A stretch of 64,000 nucleotides of DNA, from contig JBLWVX010000004.1 of assembly GCA_048268245.1 (NCBI GenBank), positions 81,041 to 145,040 on the forward strand, in the 5' to 3' direction. The DNA is from Arcobacteraceae bacterium (lineage in GTDB: Bacteria > Campylobacterota > Campylobacteria > Campylobacterales > Arcobacteraceae). Of this stretch, positions 34,096 to 42,980 are shown piece by piece. The stretch's first letter is position 1. The number at the start of each line of letters is the position of its first letter. Under the pieces are notes generated by a model, which did not search any database, was not told the DNA's origin, and saw only the letters and a list, made by a program, of their open reading frames with translations. Position numbers and translations under genes: made by a program.

Positions 34096-34800
34096 CTAGT
34101 CCACTTCTTTTATTTCATTATTAATAAGTTTTATATATTTAACAGAATTTTGTACGTAAATATATCTTCCAACTGCTAAACTATTTAGTTTTGTATCAGA
34201 TAGCATTGTTTTACTGCTTACTGTTACATTTCCTAAATTAAACTCTTCTTTATCATACTCTATCCAATCAGCAGAACTTGCACCTATCCATCTTAGAGTA
34301 GTGTCATTTTTATTACAATATGTATTAGTTTCACTTTCACAAGTTTTAGATATTGAGTTTCCACTATTTAAAAGATTAAAAATAGTTTTAGCTTTTTTAT
34401 CTTGAAGTGAAATTGCTATATATGAATCAGCATAATCTGAAAGTTCTTTAACACTTGTCCTTTGTCTATATAAATCCCTTAGATATAAAGCTCTTAAGTA
34501 AGGTGCTATTTTTTCTTTTATAAGTGCATATTTCAAAGTATTATTTGTTTTAAATTCTATGTCATCACCAAATTTGTTTTTTATATCAAAATTTTCACCT
34601 AAATATTTTGATGTCATTAAATCACTTATACTTGAGGGTATTGAAAATTCATTTAATAAATAGTTTTCATACTCTAAAGCAATTTTTTCTTCATTTTTGA
34701 TTAGATTTTGAACATATAAAACATTTTTTTGTTTTAAAATAGTTGGATTAGCACATAGAGTTGTCAATGTAAAAACAAATATAAAAATAGCTTTAATCAT
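34096..34800 (-). CDS. Secreted protein with the shared pseudopilin-like module
   Basis: Sec signal (LCA); EEKIALEYENYL...P...DL...YL; Cys pair. Confidence 0.55.
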   Translation of the reverse strand: MIKAIFIFVFTLTTLCANPTILKQKNVLYVQNLIKNEEKIALEYENYLLNEFSIPSSISDLMTSKYLGENFDIKNKFGDDIEFKTNNTLKYALIKEKIAPYLRALYLRDLYRQRTSVKELSDYADSYIAISLQDKKAKTIFNLLNSGNSISKTCESETNTYCNKNDTTLRWIGASSADWIEYDKEEFNLGNVTVSSKTMLSDTKLNSLAVGRYIYVQNSVKYIKLINNEIKEVD

Positions 34801-35546
34801 TGTAATCTCCTGATATCATTATAAGTTTTTAAATATTTTTCATTTTTAAAATCAATAAGTTTTGTTCCAGGAACAAGATTCAAAAACTCTTCTGAGTCAT
34901 GTAATGTTCTATCATCAGTTATTATAATAGGACCTGTTTTAAAGTTCTCCATATAAAAGAACATCAGTAAGTTATCTAGTTTTATATCACCACCCGTTTC
35001 TAATTTATCTGTTGTGTTAAAAATATAAATATGATTATCTTTAATACAATATTTCACAGTTGTATCACTACAAATATTTATAGCTTTGTTTTGCATTTGC
35101 ATTAAAGTATGCAGAGTTTTTGCAAAACTATCATTTAAACGTATAATAACCTTACCATCATAAATAAAAGTATTTTCTCTATAGTTTGCACTTTTATATA
35201 AAGCAATGATTGAACTATCAATACTAGAATTTGTTGTAATCAATCTATCGTTGAAATTTAGTTTTCCTGTAGAATCTAAAACAAAATCTTTAAAAAAAAG
35301 TTCATCTCCTGAATTAAAACTGCTTTTGAAAGTTGTACCTAAGTATTCATTTGTTTTAAGCTGTGATATATTTGTAGGATATGATAACTCATTTATAATA
35401 TATCTTTCATAGGCTCTTGCAATAGCTTCTTCTTGTTGGATAATCTTTTTTACTTTATCAACTAAAATTTTTCTTTGTTCAAAAAAATCACTATTTGCTT
35501 GTAAAAAGTTTGTTATAAAAAATAAAACTAGTATATATTTCATCAT
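34797..35546 (-). CDS. Secreted protein with the shared pseudopilin-like module
   Basis: Sec signal (LQA); EEAIARAYERYI...YP...QL...YL; Cys pair. Confidence 0.55.
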   Translation of the reverse strand: MMKYILVLFFITNFLQANSDFFEQRKILVDKVKKIIQQEEAIARAYERYIINELSYPTNISQLKTNEYLGTTFKSSFNSGDELFFKDFVLDSTGKLNFNDRLITTNSSIDSSIIALYKSANYRENTFIYDGKVIIRLNDSFAKTLHTLMQMQNKAINICSDTTVKYCIKDNHIYIFNTTDKLETGGDIKLDNLLMFFYMENFKTGPIIITDDRTLHDSEEFLNLVPGTKLIDFKNEKYLKTYNDIRRLQ

Positions 35547-36280
35547 AAAAAACTCTTTAATTTGTTGTATAATTTTACATCTCTTGGACTTTGTGATTTT
35601 AAAAGTACTTCTAAAACTCTTTGTTTAAAATACTCTTCTTGTCTTTGCTTTAAAACATCAGTATCTAAAGGTAGAGTCTCACCATCTTTTGAAAAGTCTT
35701 GATACATAAGATTATATGGAATATTATCTTCAACTAATGTATCATAAGCTGTTTTAGTAATAGTTTCTATATTATATAAAGAAGCATGTATAACTTTTTG
35801 CAAAGCTTTTTGTATAGCTTCATCTTTGTATGATAAGTTTTTTTCTTCTATTCCTACATCTAATATAAGATTTTTCTTACCTGAAATTTCAACTTCACTA
35901 ACACTATTGTCATTGCCAGACTCTTTAAGTTTAGCTCTTAGAGCAAAAAGTTTTAGTTTATCTTCTTCACTTATTTGTAAAGTACCATCTTCTTGAAGTA
36001 AAGCATCATTTTGTAAATCAGCACTTGAAGTTCTATCAAGTAAAAGTAACCATTCCCAGTTACCATTTTGAGGTAATAAAGCTATAATTTCATCCCTTGA
36101 AATATTTTGTGGGTCTATGGAGTACTTGTAAGCTAAGAGTGTTTTTATATCTCTTATAATCTCATAGCTTTCTTGCATATGTTTTACATCTTGCAAGTCA
36201 CTATAAGATCTATAAGCAACAGATGCAGAAAATATGGCTACTACTGCAATAGCCGAACTTAGCCATATATTTCTTAGCAT
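35543..36280 (-). CDS. Minor pilin-like protein (no class III leader)
   Basis: N-terminal hydrophobic helix continuing into an amphipathic helix. Confidence 0.45.
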   Translation of the reverse strand: MLRNIWLSSAIAVVAIFSASVAYRSYSDLQDVKHMQESYEIIRDIKTLLAYKYSIDPQNISRDEIIALLPQNGNWEWLLLLDRTSSADLQNDALLQEDGTLQISEEDKLKLFALRAKLKESGNDNSVSEVEISGKKNLILDVGIEEKNLSYKDEAIQKALQKVIHASLYNIETITKTAYDTLVEDNIPYNLMYQDFSKDGETLPLDTDVLKQRQEEYFKQRVLEVLLKSQSPRDVKLYNKLKSFL

Positions 36281-36304
36281 GTTTTTTTCTTTCTGTAAAA
36301 CAGA

Positions 36305-36955
36305 TTATGGTCTTACAACTTCATTAGCTAAAAGATCATTAAAATAAATTATAAACATCCCATCAGTATCATTCCCACCATCACCATTTTCTGTAGGTAT
36401 TCTTGATGCAATTCCTAAAGCTGCCGCATCTAAAGCTCCAGCTGTTGCACTTGTTGCTTGTCTATCAAAAGTTGCAATACCTCTTAAATCAAATGCTATT
36501 TGAGTTTCCAAAAATCCTGCATTTGCAGCTAGCGTACCTTGAGATAAATCAACAAACAATCCTGGAGAAGCTCCTGCAATATTATTAACTAATGTAATTT
36601 CCATAGAATTATCAGCTCCAAAAGATATTGCTTGATACGTATTATTTGTATCTGCTTGTACTACATTTAAAGGATCTAGTTGCTCATTAACTTGCTCTGG
36701 AAAGTAGTCTCCTAATTCAATAATACCTTCTAATGTAGCTGCTGCAGTACCAGCTGTTACATCAGCACCACCTGGTACCCCAATTTGTCTTGTCGCTGCT
36801 GCTCTTTGAACACCATCTTTAATCATTCTTATTTCAGATATGGCACTTGTTTTTTGGGCCATTCCTTCAATCTTGTCACCAGTTCCTCCAAATGTTTGGA
36901 ACATATAAATCATAGCTCCAACTACTACTATTACCATTGCTATCAGTTGTGGCAT
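36305..36955 (-). CDS. Putative major pilin, leaderless
   Basis: MPQLIAMVIVVVGAMIYMF then alpha1-like SEIRMIKDGV; Ala/Gly/Thr-rich head; strong AAAGGA RBS. Confidence 0.55.
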   Translation of the reverse strand: MPQLIAMVIVVVGAMIYMFQTFGGTGDKIEGMAQKTSAISEIRMIKDGVQRAAATRQIGVPGGADVTAGTAAATLEGIIELGDYFPEQVNEQLDPLNVVQADTNNTYQAISFGADNSMEITLVNNIAGASPGLFVDLSQGTLAANAGFLETQIAFDLRGIATFDRQATSATAGALDAAALGIASRIPTENGDGGNDTDGMFIIYFNDLLANEVVRP

Positions 36956-37019
36956 TTCAATCCTTTCTGTTTATTAATTAAATTTGACATACTACCTACC
37001 TACCACCCGTTACTTAAAA

Positions 37020-37559
37020 CTATTTATGTACTTTACACACCAAAAATCCATCACTTTTTGAACCTGAACCTGTAAATACAGCATTTGTTGTATCATAAGC
37101 ATTTAAAACATAATTAACTTCCCCAAACAAAGCTTTTTCACAGAATTCTCTCCCTACAAAGCTTTCTGAGAATCTAGCTTTACTCATCAAAGCACTATTT
37201 TTACTCATGTTTACCATAAGTGAATATGAATTATTTTTATCATCAGAGGTAGGAATTATTTGCCATTCTACGTCATCTTTATTTGGATGAGTTACAACTG
37301 TAGCCATTCCTCCTGAGTCATCAGGAATTATCTCACTTCCCTCTAGTAAAAAACCATCATCATTTAAAACTTCAAAGTTCAAAGTTGATAGACTTTCGCC
37401 TGCTTGAATATATGTATTCACATAACCATCTACTAACTCAAACATCACTTTCATCTCTTCAAGTTCTGCTTTTATAGTAGAGTCATCAGCTTCATATCTA
37501 GTAAGAATAATAATCATAGCAGATGTTACAGCGATTATTGATGCGACAAAGTAAGCCAT
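37020..37559 (-). CDS. Pilin-like protein, first gene of the operon
   Basis: Hydrophobic from residue 1, long helix ending VNTYI, L..DGFL, C-terminal Cys pair. Confidence 0.5.
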   Translation of the reverse strand: MAYFVASIIAVTSAMIIILTRYEADDSTIKAELEEMKVMFELVDGYVNTYIQAGESLSTLNFEVLNDDGFLLEGSEIIPDDSGGMATVVTHPNKDDVEWQIIPTSDDKNNSYSLMVNMSKNSALMSKARFSESFVGREFCEKALFGEVNYVLNAYDTTNAVFTGSGSKSDGFLVCKVHK

Positions 37560-37844
37560 GTATTTCCCTTACATATTTATGTTATAATTCAATTATACTA
37601 TATTTTTTTTTAAAATAACACTTAAAGTTTCCAAAAGTCATATTTTTTAGACCACTAAAAAGTTATTTATTGTTTCAATGCCACTCTAAGATTTTATATT
37701 ACGTAAATTATCCATAATTATTAGATTATTTGACAAATCTTAAATTTTGTTTAAAGTACTATTTATGAAGACAATTACGTTATACTTAGTTATTAATTAT
37801 TATTTTTATGATACAATTAATAAAATTCATTAAAAGACTTAAGA

Positions 37845-39095
37845 ATGATTATTGAAGAAAATATTGAGAACTTTAAAATATTATTTATTGGATATGAATA
37901 TACTTATAAAAATGAACTTAATAAATTTTTAAAAACTTCTATCTCAAATATGATATTTATAAATGATGAAACTTTCGATTTTAATTCTCATATAATTCTT
38001 ATAGACAAAGATAGTTTAAAGTCAGACTTATTTTCACTAATACATAAAATCAAACAAAATGACCCATACAAATGTATTATACTTTTAACAAAAGAAATAA
38101 ATGAAAGCTTGATGTATAAAGCATTTGAATATGATGTAGACTCAATAATAAAAAAAGATGACAAAAAGGCTTTAATCAAAAAGCTAGAGTATTTTAAAAA
38201 TAAATTATCTTTAAGAAACAAAAATATCCAAAAAAGAAATATATTAGAGAATATTTTAAAAAAACAATCTGCCTTAGTTTTTCTTACAGATTTTAAAAAC
38301 ATAACATTTACATCACAATCTTTTTTAGATTTTTTTAATATATCAAATAAAGATGAACTTTTTGAAAGATATGAAAATATAAGTGATATTTTTATACCCC
38401 ATGATGACTATTTATATGGTTCAAGTGGTGAAATTTTATCTAAATACAAAAACTCAAAAGCATCACAAAAAGTTGTGCTTTTACTTTCAAAAGAGTTTAA
38501 TCCCAAAGCTTTTCATATAACTATTGATAAAATAGATGAAAACAATGATTTTTACATAATAACACTCTCAAATATAAGTATCATGCAAGAAAGAAGTATT
38601 GAAACAACATACAAAGCTTATGTGGACTCTTTAACAGGTGTCTATAATAGAAATAAATTTGAAGAACTATTTAAATATGAATACAAACAGTTTGTTAGAT
38701 ATAAAGAGAGTTTTTCTATTTGTATTTTAGATATTGACCACTTCAAAAAGTTTAATGACACACATGGGCATCTAATAGGAGATGAAGTACTAAAAATTTT
38801 AGCTCAAACTATTAACTCAAACATAAGAAAGGCCGATACTTTTGCTAGATGGGGAGGAGAAGAGTTTGTACTTCTTATGCCAAAAACAAAAGTTGATGAA
38901 GCTTTCATTTTATGTGATAAATTAAGAGAAATTGTTTCAAATATATGCCATGTAACTGCTGGTAAAATAACTTCAAGTTTTGGTGTAACTCAAATAAAAG
39001 ACAATGATACTTTAAACCAAGCTCTAAAAAGATGTGACATAGCTCTTTACAATGCCAAAGCTGCAGGTAGAAATAAAGTATTTAAAGAGACTTAG
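37845..39095 (+). CDS. Diguanylate cyclase (REC-like, PAS-like, GGDEF)
   Basis: DSLTGVYNR, DIDHFK, RKAD I-site, RWGGEEF. Confidence 0.93.
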   Translation: MIIEENIENFKILFIGYEYTYKNELNKFLKTSISNMIFINDETFDFNSHIILIDKDSLKSDLFSLIHKIKQNDPYKCIILLTKEINESLMYKAFEYDVDSIIKKDDKKALIKKLEYFKNKLSLRNKNIQKRNILENILKKQSALVFLTDFKNITFTSQSFLDFFNISNKDELFERYENISDIFIPHDDYLYGSSGEILSKYKNSKASQKVVLLLSKEFNPKAFHITIDKIDENNDFYIITLSNISIMQERSIETTYKAYVDSLTGVYNRNKFEELFKYEYKQFVRYKESFSICILDIDHFKKFNDTHGHLIGDEVLKILAQTINSNIRKADTFARWGGEEFVLLMPKTKVDEAFILCDKLREIVSNICHVTAGKITSSFGVTQIKDNDTLNQALKRCDIALYNAKAAGRNKVFKET

Positions 39096-39193
39096 CTATT
39101 TTTGTAACATTTATAATAACATTTGTGCTTTCTCATACTATTTTGATACTTTTTAACTATATAATATTATAAAATAAAGATTAAGGTATAAAA

Positions 39194-41422
39194 ATGAATA
39201 AAATAAGTTATAAATTCTCTTTTATTTTTATATATTTTTCAGTAGTTATATTGTCTTTTTTTATACTTTTTTTTATTATAGACAATAATAAAATTACAAA
39301 TATAAATGAAGTATCTTCAAATAAATTTTATGAAGAGTATGAAGAAAAGAACTCTAAAATACAAACATTTTTAAAAATATATAAAGACTCTTTAAGCTCA
39401 CTGTCAGAAAACAAACTATTTAAAGAGTACTTAGAAAATAAACAAAATAAAGATTATGTTCATGATCTTTTTTCATCATATATAAAGTTTTTACCAAATG
39501 TATTCCAAATAAGATATATTAGTGAAACGGGTTTAGAAAAAATTAGAGTAGAGAAAAACCTTTCAAAAAATTCAAATGATATTTTAATAATTTCAGAAGA
39601 AAAACTACAAAATAAAGCTTCAAGTGCTTATTTCAAAGATTTTATAAAACTAGAAAAAGACAAGCTAGGTCTATCAATTATTAATCTAAATGTAGAATAT
39701 GGAAAAGTAGATAAAACCAAAACTATCACAGTTAGAGTTGCAACTTCTGTATTCACAAAAACAAATGCTAGAAAAGGCTTTTTAGTTTTAAATATCGACC
39801 TAAAAAACTTTTTTGAGCTTTTAAAAAACTCATCTTTTTATAATGTGATGTTAATAGATGATAAGGGAAGGTTTTTATTGCACTATGACAAAAAAAGAGG
39901 GATAAGAAGTGCAAGTTTTGATAGCTTTGATTTAACTAATGAGTTGGGGAAAGATGCTGCTTCAAAAATTCTTGAAAATTCTTCTTTTATAAATAAAAAT
40001 ATTTTTAGTAAAACAATTGAGTTGTCAAATGAAAAACAAAATATAAAAATTATATTTAGAACAAAATTTAATGAACTTATAGAAAAACAGAAAAACAATG
40101 AACTTTTAATATATGTATTTATTGTATTCTTAGCATTGTTATTTTTGCCTATTACTATGTACTTTTCAAAAAAACCAGAGAGTCTAAGAAATCAAATAAA
40201 CCTACAAAATGTTACTGATCCTACTACTAAACTTCCAAATAGAGAACATCTTATGAATGATCTTAAAAGTTCATACTATAATGATTCTATTTTAGTTTTA
40301 ATAAGTATTGATAACTATCAAAAAATACAAAATATTTATGGGTATAAAATAGCAGATAAAATAATAATGAAATGTTCTATTTTCTTAAAAAACTATGCTA
40401 AAAAAACAAACACTTTTAAATTATATAAAATTTCAAAGAACCATTTTGCTTTAATGTATAAAACAATTGACATAAATAGCTTAAAAAGAAAACTAAAAAA
40501 ATTACAAAACCAAATAGAAAACAATTATCAAGACTTTGAATTACTAATTTCTATTGGAACAAGTTCAAATAAAAAGACGAACAGAAGGCTAGAAAAATTA
40601 CAAGAAGCAAGTATTGCTCTTGAAGTTTGTAATGAGAAAAAACTTGATGTTTGTATCTATGAAGAAGAGTTGGCACATGATATAACACTTAGCAAAAAAA
40701 ATCTAAGCACAGTAAAAACAATAAGAGATGCTATAAAAAATGATGATGTAGTTATACAATTTCAAGCTATATACAACAACTTTACAAATAAAATTGACAA
40801 ATATGAAACTCTTGTTAGAATCAAAAAAGATGGTGGGCTTATCTACCCAGGAGACTTTATAGACATTGCAAAAGATATTAAGAAATATAAAGCTCTAACT
40901 AAAATAATAATAGATAAATCTTTTAAATATTTTGAAAATAAAGATTATGAATTCTCAATAAATCTTACACTTGAAGATATAAATGATAAAGAAATAAAAT
41001 CACATCTTTTTAAGCAAATAAAAAACTATAAAGTAAAAGACAAATTAGTGATTGAAATAGTTGAGTCTGAAGCTATTGAGGATATAGAAGAGTTTAAAGG
41101 GTTTTTAAAAGATATAAAATCTTATGGCTGTAAAGTAGCCATTGATGATTTTGGAAGTGGCTACTCAAATTATGAATATATAGTAAAACTTAGCGAATAT
41201 ATAGACTATGTGAAACTTGATGGTTCACTAATCAAAACTGTACATAAAGACCCTAAAGTTCATGTACTTGTAGGAAGTATTAAATTTATCTGTGACACTT
41301 TACAAATAAAACTAATAGCTGAATATGTGGAAGATTTAGAGCTTTTTGAATATGTAAAATCAATGGGTATTGATTATTCACAAGGTTACTATATTGGTAA
41401 ATCTCAAGATGAAGTAGATTAA
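39194..41422 (+). CDS. Membrane sensor c-di-GMP phosphodiesterase (Cache-like, degenerate GGDEF, EAL)
   Basis: Two TMs; SKNHF in place of GGDEF; ETLVR, DDFGSGYSN, QGYY. Confidence 0.9.
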   Translation: MNKISYKFSFIFIYFSVVILSFFILFFIIDNNKITNINEVSSNKFYEEYEEKNSKIQTFLKIYKDSLSSLSENKLFKEYLENKQNKDYVHDLFSSYIKFLPNVFQIRYISETGLEKIRVEKNLSKNSNDILIISEEKLQNKASSAYFKDFIKLEKDKLGLSIINLNVEYGKVDKTKTITVRVATSVFTKTNARKGFLVLNIDLKNFFELLKNSSFYNVMLIDDKGRFLLHYDKKRGIRSASFDSFDLTNELGKDAASKILENSSFINKNIFSKTIELSNEKQNIKIIFRTKFNELIEKQKNNELLIYVFIVFLALLFLPITMYFSKKPESLRNQINLQNVTDPTTKLPNREHLMNDLKSSYYNDSILVLISIDNYQKIQNIYGYKIADKIIMKCSIFLKNYAKKTNTFKLYKISKNHFALMYKTIDINSLKRKLKKLQNQIENNYQDFELLISIGTSSNKKTNRRLEKLQEASIALEVCNEKKLDVCIYEEELAHDITLSKKNLSTVKTIRDAIKNDDVVIQFQAIYNNFTNKIDKYETLVRIKKDGGLIYPGDFIDIAKDIKKYKALTKIIIDKSFKYFENKDYEFSINLTLEDINDKEIKSHLFKQIKNYKVKDKLVIEIVESEAIEDIEEFKGFLKDIKSYGCKVAIDDFGSGYSNYEYIVKLSEYIDYVKLDGSLIKTVHKDPKVHVLVGSIKFICDTLQIKLIAEYVEDLELFEYVKSMGIDYSQGYYIGKSQDEVD

Positions 41423-41479
41423 ATATTAACTTTTTATTAAATAATATATACTATTATAGAGTAAATAAAAGGATAAGTC

Positions 41480-42121
41480 ATGTTTGCAATTTATAATAGT
41501 GGAAGTGTAGGCTTTAGAAGTACAGTTGACAATCTATATGAGCTTAAAAATACAGATGCTCCAGCAGAGGCTAGACTAAAACCTGATGATGATACTTTAT
41601 TTCAAGAGTATATGGACTCAAAAAATAAAAAGAACACAAATCAAGGTGCTAATACCCATGCTTTAAATAGCTACAAAAAAATGGCAAATATTGATACTAG
41701 TGAGCCTATTTATCATGTAGGTGATATTATGACTGAAAACTGTACTTTTGTAGAAAGTACAGCAACTTTAAAAGAAGCCTATGAAATTTTAAAAGATAAA
41801 AAAGTTAGTCAAATTCCTGTAGTTCGTGATGATAAAAAAATTTATGGATTAATTAATAAAAAGATAATTCTGAACCAAATAATGAATGATATTGATAACT
41901 CAAGGCTTATTATTCAAAAAAGGATTGAAGATATTCAAACAAATGAACTAATCACAACTGATCCGATTTCAGATATAAGAAGAGTAGCAAAAGTAATGAT
42001 TGATTTTAAACTTGATGCAATTCCTGTTGTAAATGAAAAGGATGTATTAGTAGGTATTGTTTCTAAAACAGATATTATAAAAGCTGTTTCAAATATTCCT
42101 TCTCTTCAACTTTGGGGTTAA
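41480..42121 (+). CDS. CBS-pair domain protein
   Basis: VGDIM, IPVV..YGLI, IPVV..VGIVSKTDI. Confidence 0.88.
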   Translation: MFAIYNSGSVGFRSTVDNLYELKNTDAPAEARLKPDDDTLFQEYMDSKNKKNTNQGANTHALNSYKKMANIDTSEPIYHVGDIMTENCTFVESTATLKEAYEILKDKKVSQIPVVRDDKKIYGLINKKIILNQIMNDIDNSRLIIQKRIEDIQTNELITTDPISDIRRVAKVMIDFKLDAIPVVNEKDVLVGIVSKTDIIKAVSNIPSLQLWG

Positions 42122-42194
42122 ATAAGTTTATAAATCTTTTTTTTGATACACTTATAATACATTTTTATAATATAATAAATAAAAAAGGTCTCCA

Positions 42195-42977
42195 ATGAAA
42201 AAATTACTTTTACTAACTGCCTGTGCATCTTTTGCAATAGCTCAACAACTAACACTAGGTGTAGTTCCACAGCAAAGCCCTTTAAAGCTTTTTAATAAAT
42301 GGGTTAAAGTTACAAAATATCTTGAAGAAACTACAGGTATAAAAGTTATTTTTAAAACTGAAAGATCAATTCCTCAATTTGAAAAAGAGCTGTATGCTGG
42401 GAAATATGATATTTCATATATGAACCCTTATCATTTTACAGTTGCTAAAAAAAAGCAAAACTATGAAGCCTTTACAAGAGCAAATAAAAATATCGTAGGT
42501 ATACTACTTGCAAAAGATAAAGAGATTGACTTTACAAAAGAAAATCTAAAAGGTAAAACTTTTTTATTTCCTGCTCCAAATGCCTTTGCTGCAACACTTC
42601 TTACAAAATATGAGCTAAAAGAGAAGTTTGGCTTTAACATAGATAAAGAAGGGAAGGTTTTATATGTAAACTCTCATGATTCAGTTTACAAAGGTATTTC
42701 AAGAGATATTGGATATATAGGTGGAGGGATTATAAGAACTTATAATAACTTTCAAGCAAAACAAGATAAACAGAATTTACATATAGTTTATAAAACAAAT
42801 GCTTATCCAAGTCACCCAATAGCAGCACATCCAAGAGTAGATGAACAAATAGTAAAAAAACTTCAAGATGCCTTTATAAATATGCCAGAAGATATTAAAA
42901 AAACTCTTAGTATCAAAAAGTTCAAAGTTACAAATAGTGATGAGTTTAAAGTAATTGAAAATATCGGTGTAAAATAA
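42195..42977 (+). CDS. Phosphate/phosphonate-type substrate-binding protein
   Basis: LGVVPQ, YMNPYH, FPAPNAFAA, SHDSV, HPIAAHPRV. Confidence 0.85.
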   Translation: MKKLLLLTACASFAIAQQLTLGVVPQQSPLKLFNKWVKVTKYLEETTGIKVIFKTERSIPQFEKELYAGKYDISYMNPYHFTVAKKKQNYEAFTRANKNIVGILLAKDKEIDFTKENLKGKTFLFPAPNAFAATLLTKYELKEKFGFNIDKEGKVLYVNSHDSVYKGISRDIGYIGGGIIRTYNNFQAKQDKQNLHIVYKTNAYPSHPIAAHPRVDEQIVKKLQDAFINMPEDIKKTLSIKKFKVTNSDEFKVIENIGVK

Positions 42978-42980
42978 TAG

